Positions 15,001 through 30,000 of a stretch of 64,000 nucleotides of DNA are shown piece after piece. The notes beneath the pieces are model-generated. The model saw nothing but the letters and a program-made list of their open reading frames with translations. It was not told the origin of the DNA and did not search any database. The DNA is from Nemertoderma westbladi (Eukaryota > Animalia > Xenacoelomorpha). The position numbers and the translations under genes were made by a program. The stretch lies in NCBI GenBank assembly GCA_032718475.1, contig JAUCBJ010007484.1:62001-126000 (forward strand), written 5' to 3'. How positions within the stretch are numbered: position 1 is the first letter of the stretch; each line of letters begins with the position of its first letter.

Positions 15001-18000
15001 GGATGTATGTTTGAGTGTAGACTTTAGAACCATAACAGGGTGTATGATTGTAGGATGTAGTATGTTTGAGTGTAGACTTTAGAACCATAACAGGGTGTAT
15101 GATTGTAGGATGTATGTTTGAGTGTAGACTTTAGAACCATAACAGGGTGTATGACTGTAGGATGTATGTTTGAGTGTAGACTTTAGAACCATAACAGGAT
15201 GTATGATTGTAGGATGTAGTATGTATGTTTGAGTGTAGACTTTAGAACCATAACAGGGTGAATGATTGTAGGATGTATGTTTGAGTGTAGACTTTAGAAC
15301 CATAACAGGGTGTATGATTGTAGGATGTATGTTTGAGTGTAGACTTTAGAACCATAACAGGATGTATGATTGTAGGATGTATGTTTGAGTGTAGACTTTA
15401 GAACCATAACAGGGTGTATGATTGTAGGATGTAGTATGTTTGAGTGTAGACTTTAGAACCATAACAGGGTGTATGATTGTAGGATGTATGTTTGAGTGTA
15501 GACTTTAGAACCATAACAGGGTGTATGACTGTAGGATGTATGTTTGAGTGTAGACTTTAGAACCATAACAGGGTGTATGATTGTAGGATGTATGTTTGAG
15601 TGTAGACTTTAGAACCATAACAGGGTGTATGACTGTAGGATGTATGTTTGAGTGTAGACTTTAGAACCATAACAGGATGTATGATTGTAGGATGTATGTT
15701 TGATTGTAGACTTTAGAACCATAACAGGGTGTATGATTGTAGGATGTAGTATGTTTGAGTGTAGACTTTAGAACCATAACAGGGTGTATGATTGTAGGAT
15801 GTATGTTTGAGTGTAGACTTTAGAACCATAACAGGGTGTATGATTGTAGGATGTATGTTTGAGTGTAGACTTTAGAACCATAACAGGGTGTATGACTGTA
15901 GGATGTATGTTTGAGTGTAGACTTTAGAACCATAACAGGGTGTATGATTGTAGGATGTATGTTTGAGTGTAGACTTTAGAACCATAACAGGGTGTATGAC
16001 TGTAGGATGTATGTTTGAGTGTAGACTTTAGAACCATAACAGGATGTATGATTGTAGGATGTATGTTTGATTGTAGACTTTAGAACCATAACAGGGTGTA
16101 TGATTGTAGGATGTAGTATGTTTGAGTGTAGACTTTAGAACCATAACAGGGTGTATGATTGTAGGATGTATGTTTGAGTGTAGACTTTAGAACCATAACA
16201 GGGTGTATGATTGTAGGATGTAGTATGTTTGAGTGTAGACTTTAGAACCATAACAGGGTGTATGATTGTAGGATGTAGTATGTTTGAGTGTAGACTTTAG
16301 AACCATAACAGGGTGTATGACTGTAGGATGTATGTTTGAGTGTAGACTTTAGAACCATAACAGGATGTATGATTGTAGGATGTATGTTTGAGTGTAGACT
16401 TTAGAACCATAACAGGGTGTATGATTGTAGGATGTAGTATGTTTGAGTGTAGACTTTAGAACCATAACAGGGTGTATGATTGTAGGATGTATGTTTAAGT
16501 GTAGTCTTTAGAACCATAACAGGGTGTATGATTGTAGGATGTATGTTTGAGTGTAGACTTTAGAACCATAACAGGGTGTATGACTGTAGGATGTATGTTT
16601 GAGTGTAGACTTTAGAACCATAACAGGATGTATGATTGTAGGATGTATGTTTAAGTGTAGTCTTTAGAACCATAACAGGGTGTATGTTTGTAGGAAGTAT
16701 GTTTGAGTGTAGACTTTAGAACCATAACAGGGTGTATGATTGTAGGATGTATGTTTGAGTGTAGACTTTAGAACCATAACAGGGTGTATGATTGTAGGAT
16801 GTATGTTTGAGTGTAGACTTTAGAACCATAACAGGGTGTATGATTGTAGGATGTAGTATGTTTGAGTGTAGACTTTAGAACCATAACAGGGTGTATGATT
16901 GTAGGATGTATGTTTGAGTGTAGACTTTAGAACCATAACAGGATGTATGATTGTAGGATGTATGTTTGAGTGTAGACTTTAGAACCATAACAGGGTGTAT
17001 GATTGTAGGATGTAGTATGTTTGAGTGTAGACTTTAGAACCATAACAGGATGTATGATTGTAGGATGTATGTTTGAGTGTAGACTTTAGAACCATAACAG
17101 GGTGTATGATTGTAGGATGTAGTATGTTTGAGTGTAGACTTTAGAACCATAACAGGATGTATGATTGTAGGATGTATGTTTGAGTGTAGACTTTAGAACC
17201 ATAACAGGGTGTATGATTGTAGGATGTATGTTTGAGTGTAGACTTTAGAACCATAACAGGGTGTATGATTGTAGGATGTAGTATGTTTGAGTGTAGACTT
17301 TAGAACCATAACAGGATGTATGATTGTAGGATGTATGTTTGAGTGTAGACTTTAGAACCATAACAGGGTGTATGATTGTAGGATGTAGTATGTTTGAGTG
17401 TAGACTTTAGAACCATAACAGGATGTATGATTGTAGGATGTATGTTTGAGTGTAGACTTTAGAACCATAACAGGGTGTATGATTGTAGGATGTAGTATGT
17501 TTGAGTGTAGACTTTAGAACCATAACAGGGTGTATGATTGTAGGATGTATGTTTGAGTGTAGTCTTTAGAACCATAACAGGGTGTATGATTGTAGGATGT
17601 AGTATGTTTGAGTGTAGACTTTAGAACCATAACAGGGTGTATGATTGTAGGATGTATGTTTGAGTGTAGACTTTAGAACCATAACAGGGTGTATGATTGT
17701 AGGATGTATGTTTGAGTGTAGTCTTTAGAACCATAACAGGGTGTATGATTGTAGGATGTAGTATGTTTGAGTGTAGACTTTAGAACCATAACAGGGTGTA
17801 TGATTGTAGGAAGTATGTTTGAGTGTAGACTTTAGAACCATAACAGGGTGTATGATTGTAGGATGTATGTTTGAGTGTAGTCTTTAGAACCATAACAGGG
17901 TGTATGATTGTAGGATGTAGTATGTTTGAGTGTAGTCTTTAGAACCATAACAGGGTGTATGATTGTAGGATGTATGTTTGAGTGTAGACTTTAGAACCAT

Positions 18001-21000
18001 AACAGGGTGTATGATTGTAGGATGTATGTTTGAGTGTAGTCTTTAGAACCATAACAGGGTGTATGATTGTAGGATGTAGTATGTTTGAGTGTAGACTTTA
18101 GAACCATAACAGGGTGTATGATTGTAGGATGTATGTTTGAGTGTAGACTTTAGAACCATAACAGGGTGTATGATTGTAGGATGTAGTATGTTTGAGTGTA
18201 GACTTTAGAACCATAACAGGATGTATGATTGTAGGATGTATGTTTGAGTGTAGACTTTAGAACCATAACAGGGTGTATGATTGTAGGATGTAGTATGTTT
18301 GAGTGTAGACTTTAGAACCATAACAGGGTGTATGATTGTAGGATGTATGTTTGAGTGTAGTCTTTAGAACCATAACAGGGTGTATGATTGTAGGATGTAG
18401 TATGTTTGAGTGTAGACTTTAGAACCATAACAGGGTGTATGATTGTAGGATGTATGTTTGAGTGTAGACTTTAGAACCATAACAGGGTGTATGATTGTAG
18501 GATGTATGTTTGAGTGTAGTCTTTAGAACCATAACAGGGTGTATGATTGTAGGATGTAGTATGTTTGAGTGTAGACTTTAGAACCATAACAGGGTGTATG
18601 ATTGTAGGAAGTATGTTTGAGTGTAGACTTTAGAACCATAACAGGGTGTATGATTGTAGGATGTATGTTTGAGTGTAGTCTTTAGAACCATAACAGGGTG
18701 TATGATTGTAGGATGTAGTATGTTTGAGTGTAGTCTTTAGAACCATAACAGGGTGTATGATTGTAGGATGTATGTTTGAGTGTAGACTTTAGAACCATAA
18801 CAGGGTGTATGATTGTAGGAAGTATGTTTGAGTGTAGACTTTAGAACCATAACAGGGTGTATGATTGTAGGATGTAGTATGTTTGAGTGTAGACTTTAGA
18901 ACCATAACAGGGTGTATGATTGTAGGAAGTATGTTTGAGTGTAGACTTTAGAACCATAACAGGGTGAATGATTGTAGGATGTAGTATGTTTGAGTGTAGA
19001 CTTTAGAACCATAACAGGGTGTATGATTGTAGGATGTATGTTTGAGTGTAGACTTTAGAACCATAACAGGATGTATGATTGTAGGATGTAGTATGTTTGA
19101 GTGTAGACTTTAGAACCATAACAGGGTGTATGATTGTAGGAAGTATGTTTGAGTGTAGACTTTAGAACCATAACAGGGTGTATGATTGTAGGAAGTATGT
19201 TTGAGTGTAGACTTTAGAACCATAACAGGGTGTATGATTGTAGGAAGTATGTTTGAGTGTAGACTTTAGAACCATAACAGGGTGTATGATTGTAGGATGT
19301 ATGTTTGAGTGTAGACTTTAGAACCATAACAGGGTGTATGATTGTAGGAAGTATGTTTGAGTGTAGACTTTAGAACCATAACAGGGTGTATGATTGTAGG
19401 ATGTAGTATGTTTGAGTGTAGACTTTAGAACCATAACAGGGTGTATGATTGTAGGAAGTATGTTTGAGTGTAGACTTTAGAACCATAACAGGGTGAATGA
19501 TTGTAGGATGTAGTATGTTTGAGTGTAGACTTTAGAACCATAACAGGGTGTATGATTGTAGGATGTATGTTTGAGTGTAGACTTTAGAACCATAACAGGA
19601 TGTATGATTGTAGGATGTAGTATGTTTGAGTGTAGACTTTAGAACCATAACAGGGTGTATGATTGTAGGAAGTATGTTTGAGTGTAGACTTTAGAACCAT
19701 AACAGGGTGTATGATTGTAGGAAGTATGTTTGAGTGTAGACTTTAGAACCATAACAGGATGTATGATTGTAGGATGTATGTTTGAGTGTAGACTTTAGAA
19801 CCATAACAGGGTGTATGATTGTAGGAAGTATGTTTGAGTGTAGACTTTAGAACCATAACAGGGTGTATGATTGTAGGATGTATGTTTGAGTGTAGTCTTT
19901 AGAACCATAACAGGGTGTATGATTGTAGGAAGTATGTTTGAGTGTAGACTTTAGAACCATAACAGGGTGAATGATTGTAGGATGTAGTATGTTTGAGTGT
20001 AGACTTTAGAACCATAACAGGGTGAATGATTGTAGGATGTAGTATGTTTGAGTGTAGACTTTAGAACCATAACAGGGTGTATGATTGTAGGATGTATGTT
20101 TGAGTGTAGACTTTAGAACCATAACAGGATGTATGATTGTAGGATGTAGTATGTTTGAGTGTAGACTTTAGAACCATAACAGGGTGTATGATTGTAGGAT
20201 GTATGTTTGAGTGTAGACTTTAGAACCATAACAGGGTGTATGATTGTAGGAAGTATGTTTGAGTGTAGACTTTAGAACCATAACAGGGTGTATGATTGTA
20301 GGATGTAGTATGTTTGAGTGTAGACTTTAGAACCATAACAGGGTGTATGATTGTAGGAAGTATGTTTGAGTGTAGACTTTAGAACCATAACAGGGTGATG
20401 ATTGTAGGAGTATGTTTGAGTGTAGACTTTAGAACCATAACAGGGTGTATGATTGTAGGATGTATGTTTGAGTGTAGACTTTAGAACCATAACAGGGTGT
20501 ATGATTGTAGGATGTATGTTTGAGTGTAGACTTTAGAACCATAACAGGATGTATGATTGTAGGATGTAGTATGTTTGAGTGTAGACTTTAGAACCATAAC
20601 AGGGTGTATGATTGTAGGAAGTATGTTTGAGTGTAGACTTTAGAACCATAACAGGGTGTATGATTGTAGGAAGTATGTTTGAGTGTAGACTTTAGAACCA
20701 TAACAGGGTGTATGATTGTAGATTGTAGGATGTATGTTTGAGTGTAGACTTTAGAACCATAACAGGGTGTATGATTGTAGGAAGTATGTTTGAGTGTAGA
20801 CTTTAGAACCATAACAGGGTGTATGATTGTAGGAAGTATGTTTGAGTGTAGACTTTAGAACCATAACAGGGTGTATGATTGTAGGATGTATGTTTGAGTG
20901 TAGACTTTAGAACCATAACAGGGTGTATGATTGTAGGAAGTATGTTTGAGTGTAGACTTTAGAACCATAACAGGGTGTATGATTGTAGGATGTATGTTTG

Positions 21001-24000
21001 AGTGTAGTCTTTAGAACCATAACAGGGTGTATGATTGTAGGAAGTATGTTTGAGTGTAGACTTTAGAACCATAACAGGGTGTATGATTGTAGGATGTAGT
21101 ATGTTTGAGTGTAGACTTTAGAACCATAACAGGGTGTATGATTGTAGGAAGTATGTTTGAGTGTAGACTTTAGAACCATAACAGGGTGAATGATTGTAGG
21201 ATGTAGTATGTTTGAGTGTAGACTTTAGAACCATAACAGGGTGTATGATTGTAGGATGTATGTTTGAGTGTAGACTTTAGAACCATAACAGGATGTATGA
21301 TTGTAGGATGTAGTATGTTTGAGTGTAGACTTTAGAACCATAACAGGGTGTATGATTGTAGGAAGTATGTTTGAGTGTAGACTTTAGAACCATAACAGGG
21401 TGTATGATTGTAGGAAGTATGTTTGAGTGTAGACTTTAGAACCATAACAGGGTGTATGATTGTAGGATGTATGTTTGAGTGTAGTCTTTAGAACCATAAC
21501 AGGGTGTATGATTGTAGATTGTAGGATGTATGTTTGAGTGTAGACTTTAGAACCATAACAGGGTGTATGATTGTAGGAAGTATGTTTGAGTGTAGACTTT
21601 AGAACCATAACAGGGTGTATGATTGTAGGATGTATGTTTGAGTGTAGACTTTAGAACCATAACAGGATGTATGATTGTAGGATGTAGTATGTTTGAGTGT
21701 AGACTTTAGAACCATAACAGGGTGTATGATTGTAGGATGTATGTTTGAGTGTAGACTTTAGAACCATAACAGGGTGTATGATTGTAGGAAGTATGTTTGA
21801 GTGTAGACTTTAGAACCATAACAGGGTGTATGATTGTAGGATGTAGTATGTTTGAGTGTAGACTTTAGAACCATAACAGGGTGTATGATTGTAGGAAGTA
21901 TGTTTGAGTGTAGACTTTAGAACCATAACAGGGTGAATGATTGTAGGATGTAGTATGTTTGAGTGTAGACTTTAGAACCATAACAGGGTGTATGATTGTA
22001 GGATGTATGTTTGAGTGTAGACTTTAGAACCATAACAGGATGTATGATTGTAGGATGTAGTATGTTTGAGTGTAGACTTTAGAACCATAACAGGGTGTAT
22101 GATTGTAGGAAGTATGTTTGAGTGTAGACTTTAGAACCATAACAGGGTGTATGATTGTAGGAAGTATGTTTGAGTGTAGACTTTAGAACCATAACAGGGT
22201 GTATGATTGTAGGATGTATGTTTGAGTGTAGTCTTTAGAACCATAACAGGGTGTATGATTGTAGATTGTAGGATGTATGTTTGAGTGTAGACTTTAGAAC
22301 CATAACAGGGTGTATGATTGTAGGAAGTATGTTTGAGTGTAGACTTTAGAACCATAACAGGGTGTATGATTGTAGGATGTATGTTTGAGTGTAGTCTTTA
22401 GAACCATAACAGGGTGTATGATTGTAGGAAGTATGTTTGAGTGTAGACTTTAGAACCATAACAGGGTGAATGATTGTAGGATGTAGTATGTTTGAGTGTA
22501 GACTTTAGAACCATAACAGGGTGAATGATTGTAGGATGTAGTATGTTTGAGTGTAGACTTTAGAACCATAACAGGGTGAATGATTGTAGGATGTAGTATG
22601 TTTGAGTGTAGACTTTAGAACCATAACAGGGTGTATGATTGTAGGATGTAGTATGTTTGAGTGTAGACTTTAGAACCATAACAGGGTGAATGATTGTAGG
22701 ATGTAGTATGTTTGAGTGTAGACTTTAGAACCATAACAGGGTGTATGATTGTAGGAAGTATGTTTGAGTGTAGACTTTAGAACCATAACAGGGTGAATGA
22801 TTGTAGGATGTAGTATGTTTGAGTGTAGACTTTAGAACCATAACAGGGTGTATGATTGTAGGAAGTATGTTTGAGTGTAGACTTTAGAACCATAACAGGG
22901 TGAATGATTGTAGGATGTAGTATGTTTGAGTGTAGACTTTAGAACCATAACAGGGTGTATGATTGTAGGAAGTATGTTTGAGTGTAGACTTTAGAACCAT
23001 AACAGGGTGAATGATTGTAGGATGTAGTATGTTTGAGTGTAGACTTTAGAACCATAACAGGGTGTATGATTGTAGGATGTATGTTTGAGTGTAGACTTTA
23101 GAACCATAACAGGATGTATGATTGTAGGATGTAGTATGTTTGAGTGTAGACTTTAGAACCATAACAGGGTGTATGATTGTAGGATGTATGTTTGAGTGTA
23201 GTCTTTAGAACCATAACAGGGTGTATGATTGTAGGATGTATGTTTGAGTGTAGTCTTTAGAACCATAACAGGGTGTATGATTGTAGGATGTATGTTTGAG
23301 TGTAGACTTTAGAACCATAACAGGGTGTATGATTGTAGGAAGTATGTTTGAGTGTAGACTTTAGAACCATAACAGGGTGTATGATTGTAGGATGTATGTT
23401 TGAGTGTAGTCTTTAGAACCATAACAGGGTGTATGATTGTAGGAAGTATGTTTGAGTGTAGACTTTAGAACCATAACAGGGTGTATGATTGTAGGATGTA
23501 TGTTTGAGTGTAGACTTTAGAACCATAACAGGGTGTATGATTGTAGGATGTATGTTTGAGTGTAGACTTTAGAACCATAACAGGGTGAATGATTGTAGGA
23601 TGTAGTATGTTTGAGTGTAGACTTTAGAACCATAACAGGGTGAATGATTGTAGGATGTAGTATGTTTGAGTGTAGACTTTAGAACCATAACAGGGTGTAT
23701 GGTTGTAGGATGTAGTATGTTTGAGTGTAGACTTTAGAACCATAACAGGGTGTATGATTGTAGGATGTATGTTTGAGTGTAGTCTTTAGAACCATAACAG
23801 GGTGTATGATTGTAGGATGTAGTATGTTTGAGTGTAGACTTTAGAACCATAACAGGATGTATGATTGTAGGAAGTATGTTTGAGTGTAGACTTTAGAACC
23901 ATAACAGGATGAATGATTGTAGTAAGTATGTTTGAGTGTAGACTTTAGAACCATAACAGGGTGTATGATTGTAGGAAGTATGTTTGAGTGTAGACTTTAG

Positions 24001-27000
24001 AACCATAACAGGGTGTATGATTATAGGATGTATGTTTGAGTGTAGACTTTAGAACCATAACAGGATGAATGATTGTAGGATGTATGTTTGAGTGTAGACT
24101 TTAGAACCATAACAGGATGAATGATTGTAGTAAGTATGTTTGAGTGTAGACTTTAGAACCATAACAGGGTGTATGATTGTAGATTGTAGGATGTATGTTT
24201 GAGTGTAGACTTTAGAACCATAACAGGATGTATGATTGTAGGAAGTATGTTTGAGTGTAGACTTTAGAACCATAACAGGGTGTATGATTGTAGGATGTAT
24301 GTTTGAGTGTAGACTTTAGAACCATAACAGGGTGTATGATTGTAGGAAGTATGTTTGAGTGTAGACTTTAGAACCATAACAGGGTGTATGATTGTAGGAT
24401 GTATGTTTGAGTGTAGACTTTAGAACCATAACAGGATGAATGATTGTAGGATGTATGTTTGAGTGTAGACTTTAGAACCATAACAGGGTGTATGATTGTA
24501 GGAAGTATGTTTGAGTGTAGACTTTAGAACCATAACAGGATGAATGATTGTAGGATGTATGTTTGAGTGTAGACTTTAGAACCATAACAGGGTGTATGAT
24601 TGTAGATTGTAGGATGTATGTTTGAGTGTAGACTTTAGAACCATAACAGGATGAATGATTGTAGGATGTATGTTTGAGTGTAGACTTTAGAACCATAACA
24701 GGGTGTATGATTGTAGGATGTATGTTTGAGTGTAGACTTTAGAACCATAACAGGATGTATGATTGTAGGAAGTATGTTTGAGTGTAGACTTTAGAACCAT
24801 AACAGGATGTATGATTGTAGGAAGTATGTTTGAGTGTAGACTTTAGAACCATAACAGGGTGTATGATTGTAGGATGTATGTTTGAGTGTAGACTTTAGAA
24901 CCATAACAGGGTGTATGATTGTAGGAAGTATGTTTGAGTGTAGACTTTAGAACCATAACAGGGTGTATGATTGTAGGAAGTATGTTTGAGTGTAGACTTT
25001 AGAACCATAACAGGATGAATGATTGTAGGAAGTATGTTTGAGTGTAGACTTTAGAACCATAACAGGGTGAATGATTGTAGGATGTATGTTTGAGTGTAGA
25101 CTTTAGAACCATAACAGGGTGTATGATTGTAGGAAGTATGTTTGAGTGTAGACTTTAGAACCATAACAGGGTGAATGATTGTAGGATGTATGTTTGAGTG
25201 TAGACTTTAGAACCATAACAGGGTGTATGATTGTAGGATGTATGTTTGAGTGTAGACTTTAGAACCATAACAGGGTGTATGATTGTAGGATGTAGTATGT
25301 TTGAGTGTAGACTTTAGAACCATAACAGGGTGTATGATTGTAGGAAGTATGTTTGAGTGTAGACTTTAGAACCATAACAGGATGTATGATTGTAGGAAGT
25401 ATGTTTGAGTGTAGACTTTAGAACCATAACAGGGTGTATGATTGTAGGAAGTATGTTTGAGTGTAGACTTTAGAACCATAACAGGATGTATGATTGTAGG
25501 AAGTATGTTTGAGTGTAGACTTTAGAACCATAACAAGGTGTATGATTGTAGGAAGTATGTTTGAGTGTAGACTTTAGAACCATAACAGGATGAATGATTG
25601 TAGGAAGTATGTTTGAGTGTAGACTTTAGAACCATAACAGGGTGAATGATTGTAGGATGTATGTTTGAGTGTAGACTTTAGAACCATAACAGGGTGTATG
25701 ATTGTAGGAAGTATGTTTGAGTGTAGACTTTAGAACCATAACAGGGTGAATGATTGTAGGATGTATGTTTGAGTGTAGACTTTAGAACCATAACAGGATG
25801 TATGATTGTAGGAAGTATGTTTGAGTGTAGACTTTAGAACCATAACAGGGTGAATGATTGTAGGATGTAGTATGTTTGAGTGTAGACTTTAGAACCATAA
25901 CAGGATGTATGATTGTAGGAAGTATGTTTGAGTGTAGACTTTAGAACCATAACAGGGTGAATGATTGTAGGATGTATGTTTGAGTGTAGACTTTAGAACC
26001 ATAACAGGGTGTATGATTGTAGGATGTAGTATGTTTGAGTGTAGACTTTAGAACCATAACAAGATGTATGATTGTAGGATGTATGTTTGAGTGTAGACTT
26101 TAGAACCATAACAGGGTGTATGATTGTAGGATGTAGTATGTTTGAGTGTAGACTTTAGAACCATAACAGGATGTATGATTGTAGGATGTATGTTTGAGTG
26201 TAGACTTTAGAACCATAACAGGGTGTATGATTGTAGGATGTATGTTTGAGTGTAGACTTTAGAACCATAACAGGATGAATGATTGTAGTAAGTATGTTTG
26301 AGTGTAGACTTTAGAACCATAACAGGGTGTATGATTGTAGGAAGTATGTTTGAGTGTAGACTTTAGAACCATAACAGGGTGAATGATTGTAGGATGTAGT
26401 ATGTTTGAGTGTAGACTTTAGAACCATAACAGGGTGTATGATTGTAGGATGTATGTTTGAGTGTAGACTTTAGAACCATAACAGGGTGAATGATTGTAGG
26501 ATGTAGTATGTTTGAGTGTAGACTTTAGAACCATAACAGGGTGTATGATTGTAGATTGTAGGATGTATGTTTGAGTGTAGACTTTAGAACCATAACAGGA
26601 TGTATGATTGTAGGAAGTATGTTTGAGTGTAGACTTTAGAACCATAACAGGATGAATGATTGTAGTAAGTATGTTTGAGTGTAGACTTTAGAACCATAAC
26701 AGGGTGTATGATTGTAGGAAGTATGTTTGAGTGTAGACTTTAGAACCATAACAGGGTGTATGATTATAGGATGTATGTTTGAGTGTAGACTTTAGAACCA
26801 TAACAGGATGAATGATTGTAGGATGTATGTTTGAGTGTAGACTTTAGAACCATAACAGGATGAATGATTGTAGTAAGTATGTTTGAGTGTAGACTTTAGA
26901 ACCATAACAGGGTGTATGATTGTAGATTGTAGGATGTATGTTTGAGTGTAGACTTTAGAACCATAACAGGATGTATGATTGTAGGAAGTATGTTTGAGTG

Positions 27001-30000
27001 TAGACTTTAGAACCATAACAGGGTGTATGATTGTAGGATGTATGTTTTAGTGTAGACTTTAGAACCATAACAGGGTGTATGATTGTAGGAAGTATGTTTG
27101 AGTGTAGACTTTAGAACCATAACAGGGTGTATGATTGTAGGATGTATGTTTGAGTGTAGACTTTAGAACCATAACAGGATGAATGATTGTAGGATGTATG
27201 TTTGAGTGTAGACTTTAGAACCATAACAGGGTGTATGATTGTAGATTGTAGGATGTATGTTTGAGTGTAGACTTTAGAACCATAACAGGATGAATGATTG
27301 TAGGATGTAGTATGTTTGAGTGTAGACTTTAGAACCATAACAGGGTGTATGATTGTAGGAAGTATGTTTGAGTGTAGACTTTAGAACCATAACAGGATGA
27401 ATGATTGTAGGAAGTATGTTTGAGTGTAGACTTTAGAACCATAACAGGGTGAATGATTGTAGGATGTATGTTTGAGTGTAGACTTTAGAACCATAACAGG
27501 GTGTATGATTGTAGGAAGTATGTTTGAGTGTAGACTTTAGAACCATAACAGGATGAATGATTGTAGGAAGTATGTTTGAGTGTAGACTTTAGAACCATAA
27601 CAGGGTGAATGATTGTAGGATGTATGTTTGAGTGTAGACTTTAGAACCATAACAGGGTGTATGATTTTAGGATGTATGTTTGAGTGTAGACTTTAGAACC
27701 ATAACAGGATGAATGATTGTAGATTGTAGGATGTATGTTTGAGTGTAGACTTTAGAACCATAACAGGATGAATGATTGTAGGATGTAGTATGTTTGAGTG
27801 TAGACTTTAGAACCATAACAGGGTGTATGATTGTAGGAAGTATGTTTGAGTGTAGACTTTAGAACCATAACAGGATGAATGATTTTAGGATGTAGTATGT
27901 TTGAGTGTAGACTTTAGAACCATAACAGGGTGTATGATTGTAGGAAGTATGTTTGAGTGTAGACTTTAGAACCATAACAGGATGAATGATTGTAGGAAGT
28001 ATGTTTGAGTGTAGACTTTAGAACCATAACAGGGTGAATGATTGTAGGATGTATGTTTGAGTGTAGACTTTAGAACCATAACAGGGTGAATGATTGTAGG
28101 ATGTATGTTTGAGTGTAGACTTTAGAACAAATAACAGGATGTATGATTGTAGGATGTATGTTTGAGTGTAGACTTTAGAACCATAACAGGATGAATGATT
28201 GTAGGAAGTATGTTTGAGTGTAGACTTTAGAACCATAACAGGATGTATGATTGTAGGATGTATGTTTGAGTGTAGACTTTAGAACCATAACAGGGTGTAT
28301 GATTGTAGGATGTATGTTTGAGTGTAGACTTTAGAACCATAACAGGATGAATGATTGTAGGAAGTATGTTTGAGTGTAGACTTTAGAACCATAACAGGAT
28401 GTATGATTGTAGGATGTATGTTTGAGTGTAGACTTTAGAACCATAACAGGATGAATGATTGTAGGAAGTATGTTTGAGTGTAGACTTTAGAACCATAACA
28501 GGATGTATGATTGTAGGATGTATGTTTGAGTGTAGACTTTAGAACCATAACAGGATGAATGATTGTAGGAAGTATGTTTGAGTGTAGACTTTAGAACCAT
28601 AACAGGATGTATGATTGTAGGATGTATGTTTGAGTGTAGACTTTAGAACCATATCAGGGTGTATGATTGTAGGATGTATGTTTGAGTGTAGACTTTAGAA
28701 CCATAACAGGGTGAATGATTGTAGGATGTATGTTTGAGTGTAGACTTTAGAACAATAACAGGGTGTATGATTGTAGGATGTATGTTTGAGTGTAGACTTT
28801 AGAACCATAACAGGATGAATGATTGTAGGAAGTATGTTTGAGTGTAGACTTTAGAACCATAACAGGGTGAATGATTGTAGGATGTATGTTTGAGTGTAGA
28901 CTTTAGAACAAATAACAGGATGTATGATTGTAGGATGTAGTATGTTTGAGTGTAGACTTTAGAACCATAACAGGGTGTATGATTGTAGGATGTAGTATGT
29001 TTGAGTGTAGACTTTAGAACCATAACAGGATGTATGATTGTAGGATGTATGTTTGAGTGTAGACTTTAGAACAAATAACAGGATGTATGATTGTAGGATG
29101 TATGTTTGAGTGTAGACTTTAGAACCATAACAGGATGAATGATTGTAGGAAGTATGTTTGAGCGTAGACTTTAGAACCATAACAGGGTGTATGATTGTAG
29201 GAAGTATGTTTGAGTGTAGACTTTAGAACCATAACAGGGTGAATGATTGTAGGATGTATGTTTGAGTGTAGACTTTAGAACAAATAACAGGATGTATGAT
29301 TGTAGGATGTATGTTTGAGTGTAGACTTTAGAACAAATAACAGGATGTATGATTGTAGGATGTATGTTTGAGTGTAGACTTTAGAACCATAACAGGATGA
29401 ATGATTGTAGGAAGTATGTTTGAGTGTAGACTTTAGAACCATAACAGGGTGTATGATTGTAGGAAGTATGTTTGAGTGTAGACTTTAGAACCATAACAGG
29501 GTGAATGATTGTAGGATGTATGTTTGAGTGTAGACTTTAGAACAAATAACAGGATGTATGATTGTAGGATGTATGTTTGAGTGTAGACTTTAGAACAAAT
29601 AACAGGATGTATGATTGTAGGATGTATGTTTGAGTGTAGACTTTAGAACCATAACAGGATGAATGATTGTAGGAAGTATGTTTGAGTGTAGACTTTAGAA
29701 CCATAACAGGGTGTATGATTGTAGGAAGTATGTTTGAGTGTAGACTTTAGAACCATAACAGGATGAATGATTGTAGGAAGTATGTTTGAGTGTAGACTTT
29801 AGAACCATAACAGGGTGAATGATTGTAGGATGTATGTTTGAGTGTAGACTTTAGAACCATAACAGGGTGAATGATTGTAGGATGTATGTTTGAGTGTAGA
29901 CTTTAGAACAATAACAGGGTGTATGATTGTAGGATGTATGTTTGAGTGTAGACTTTAGAACCATAACAGGGTGAATGATTGTAGGAAGTATGTTTGAGTG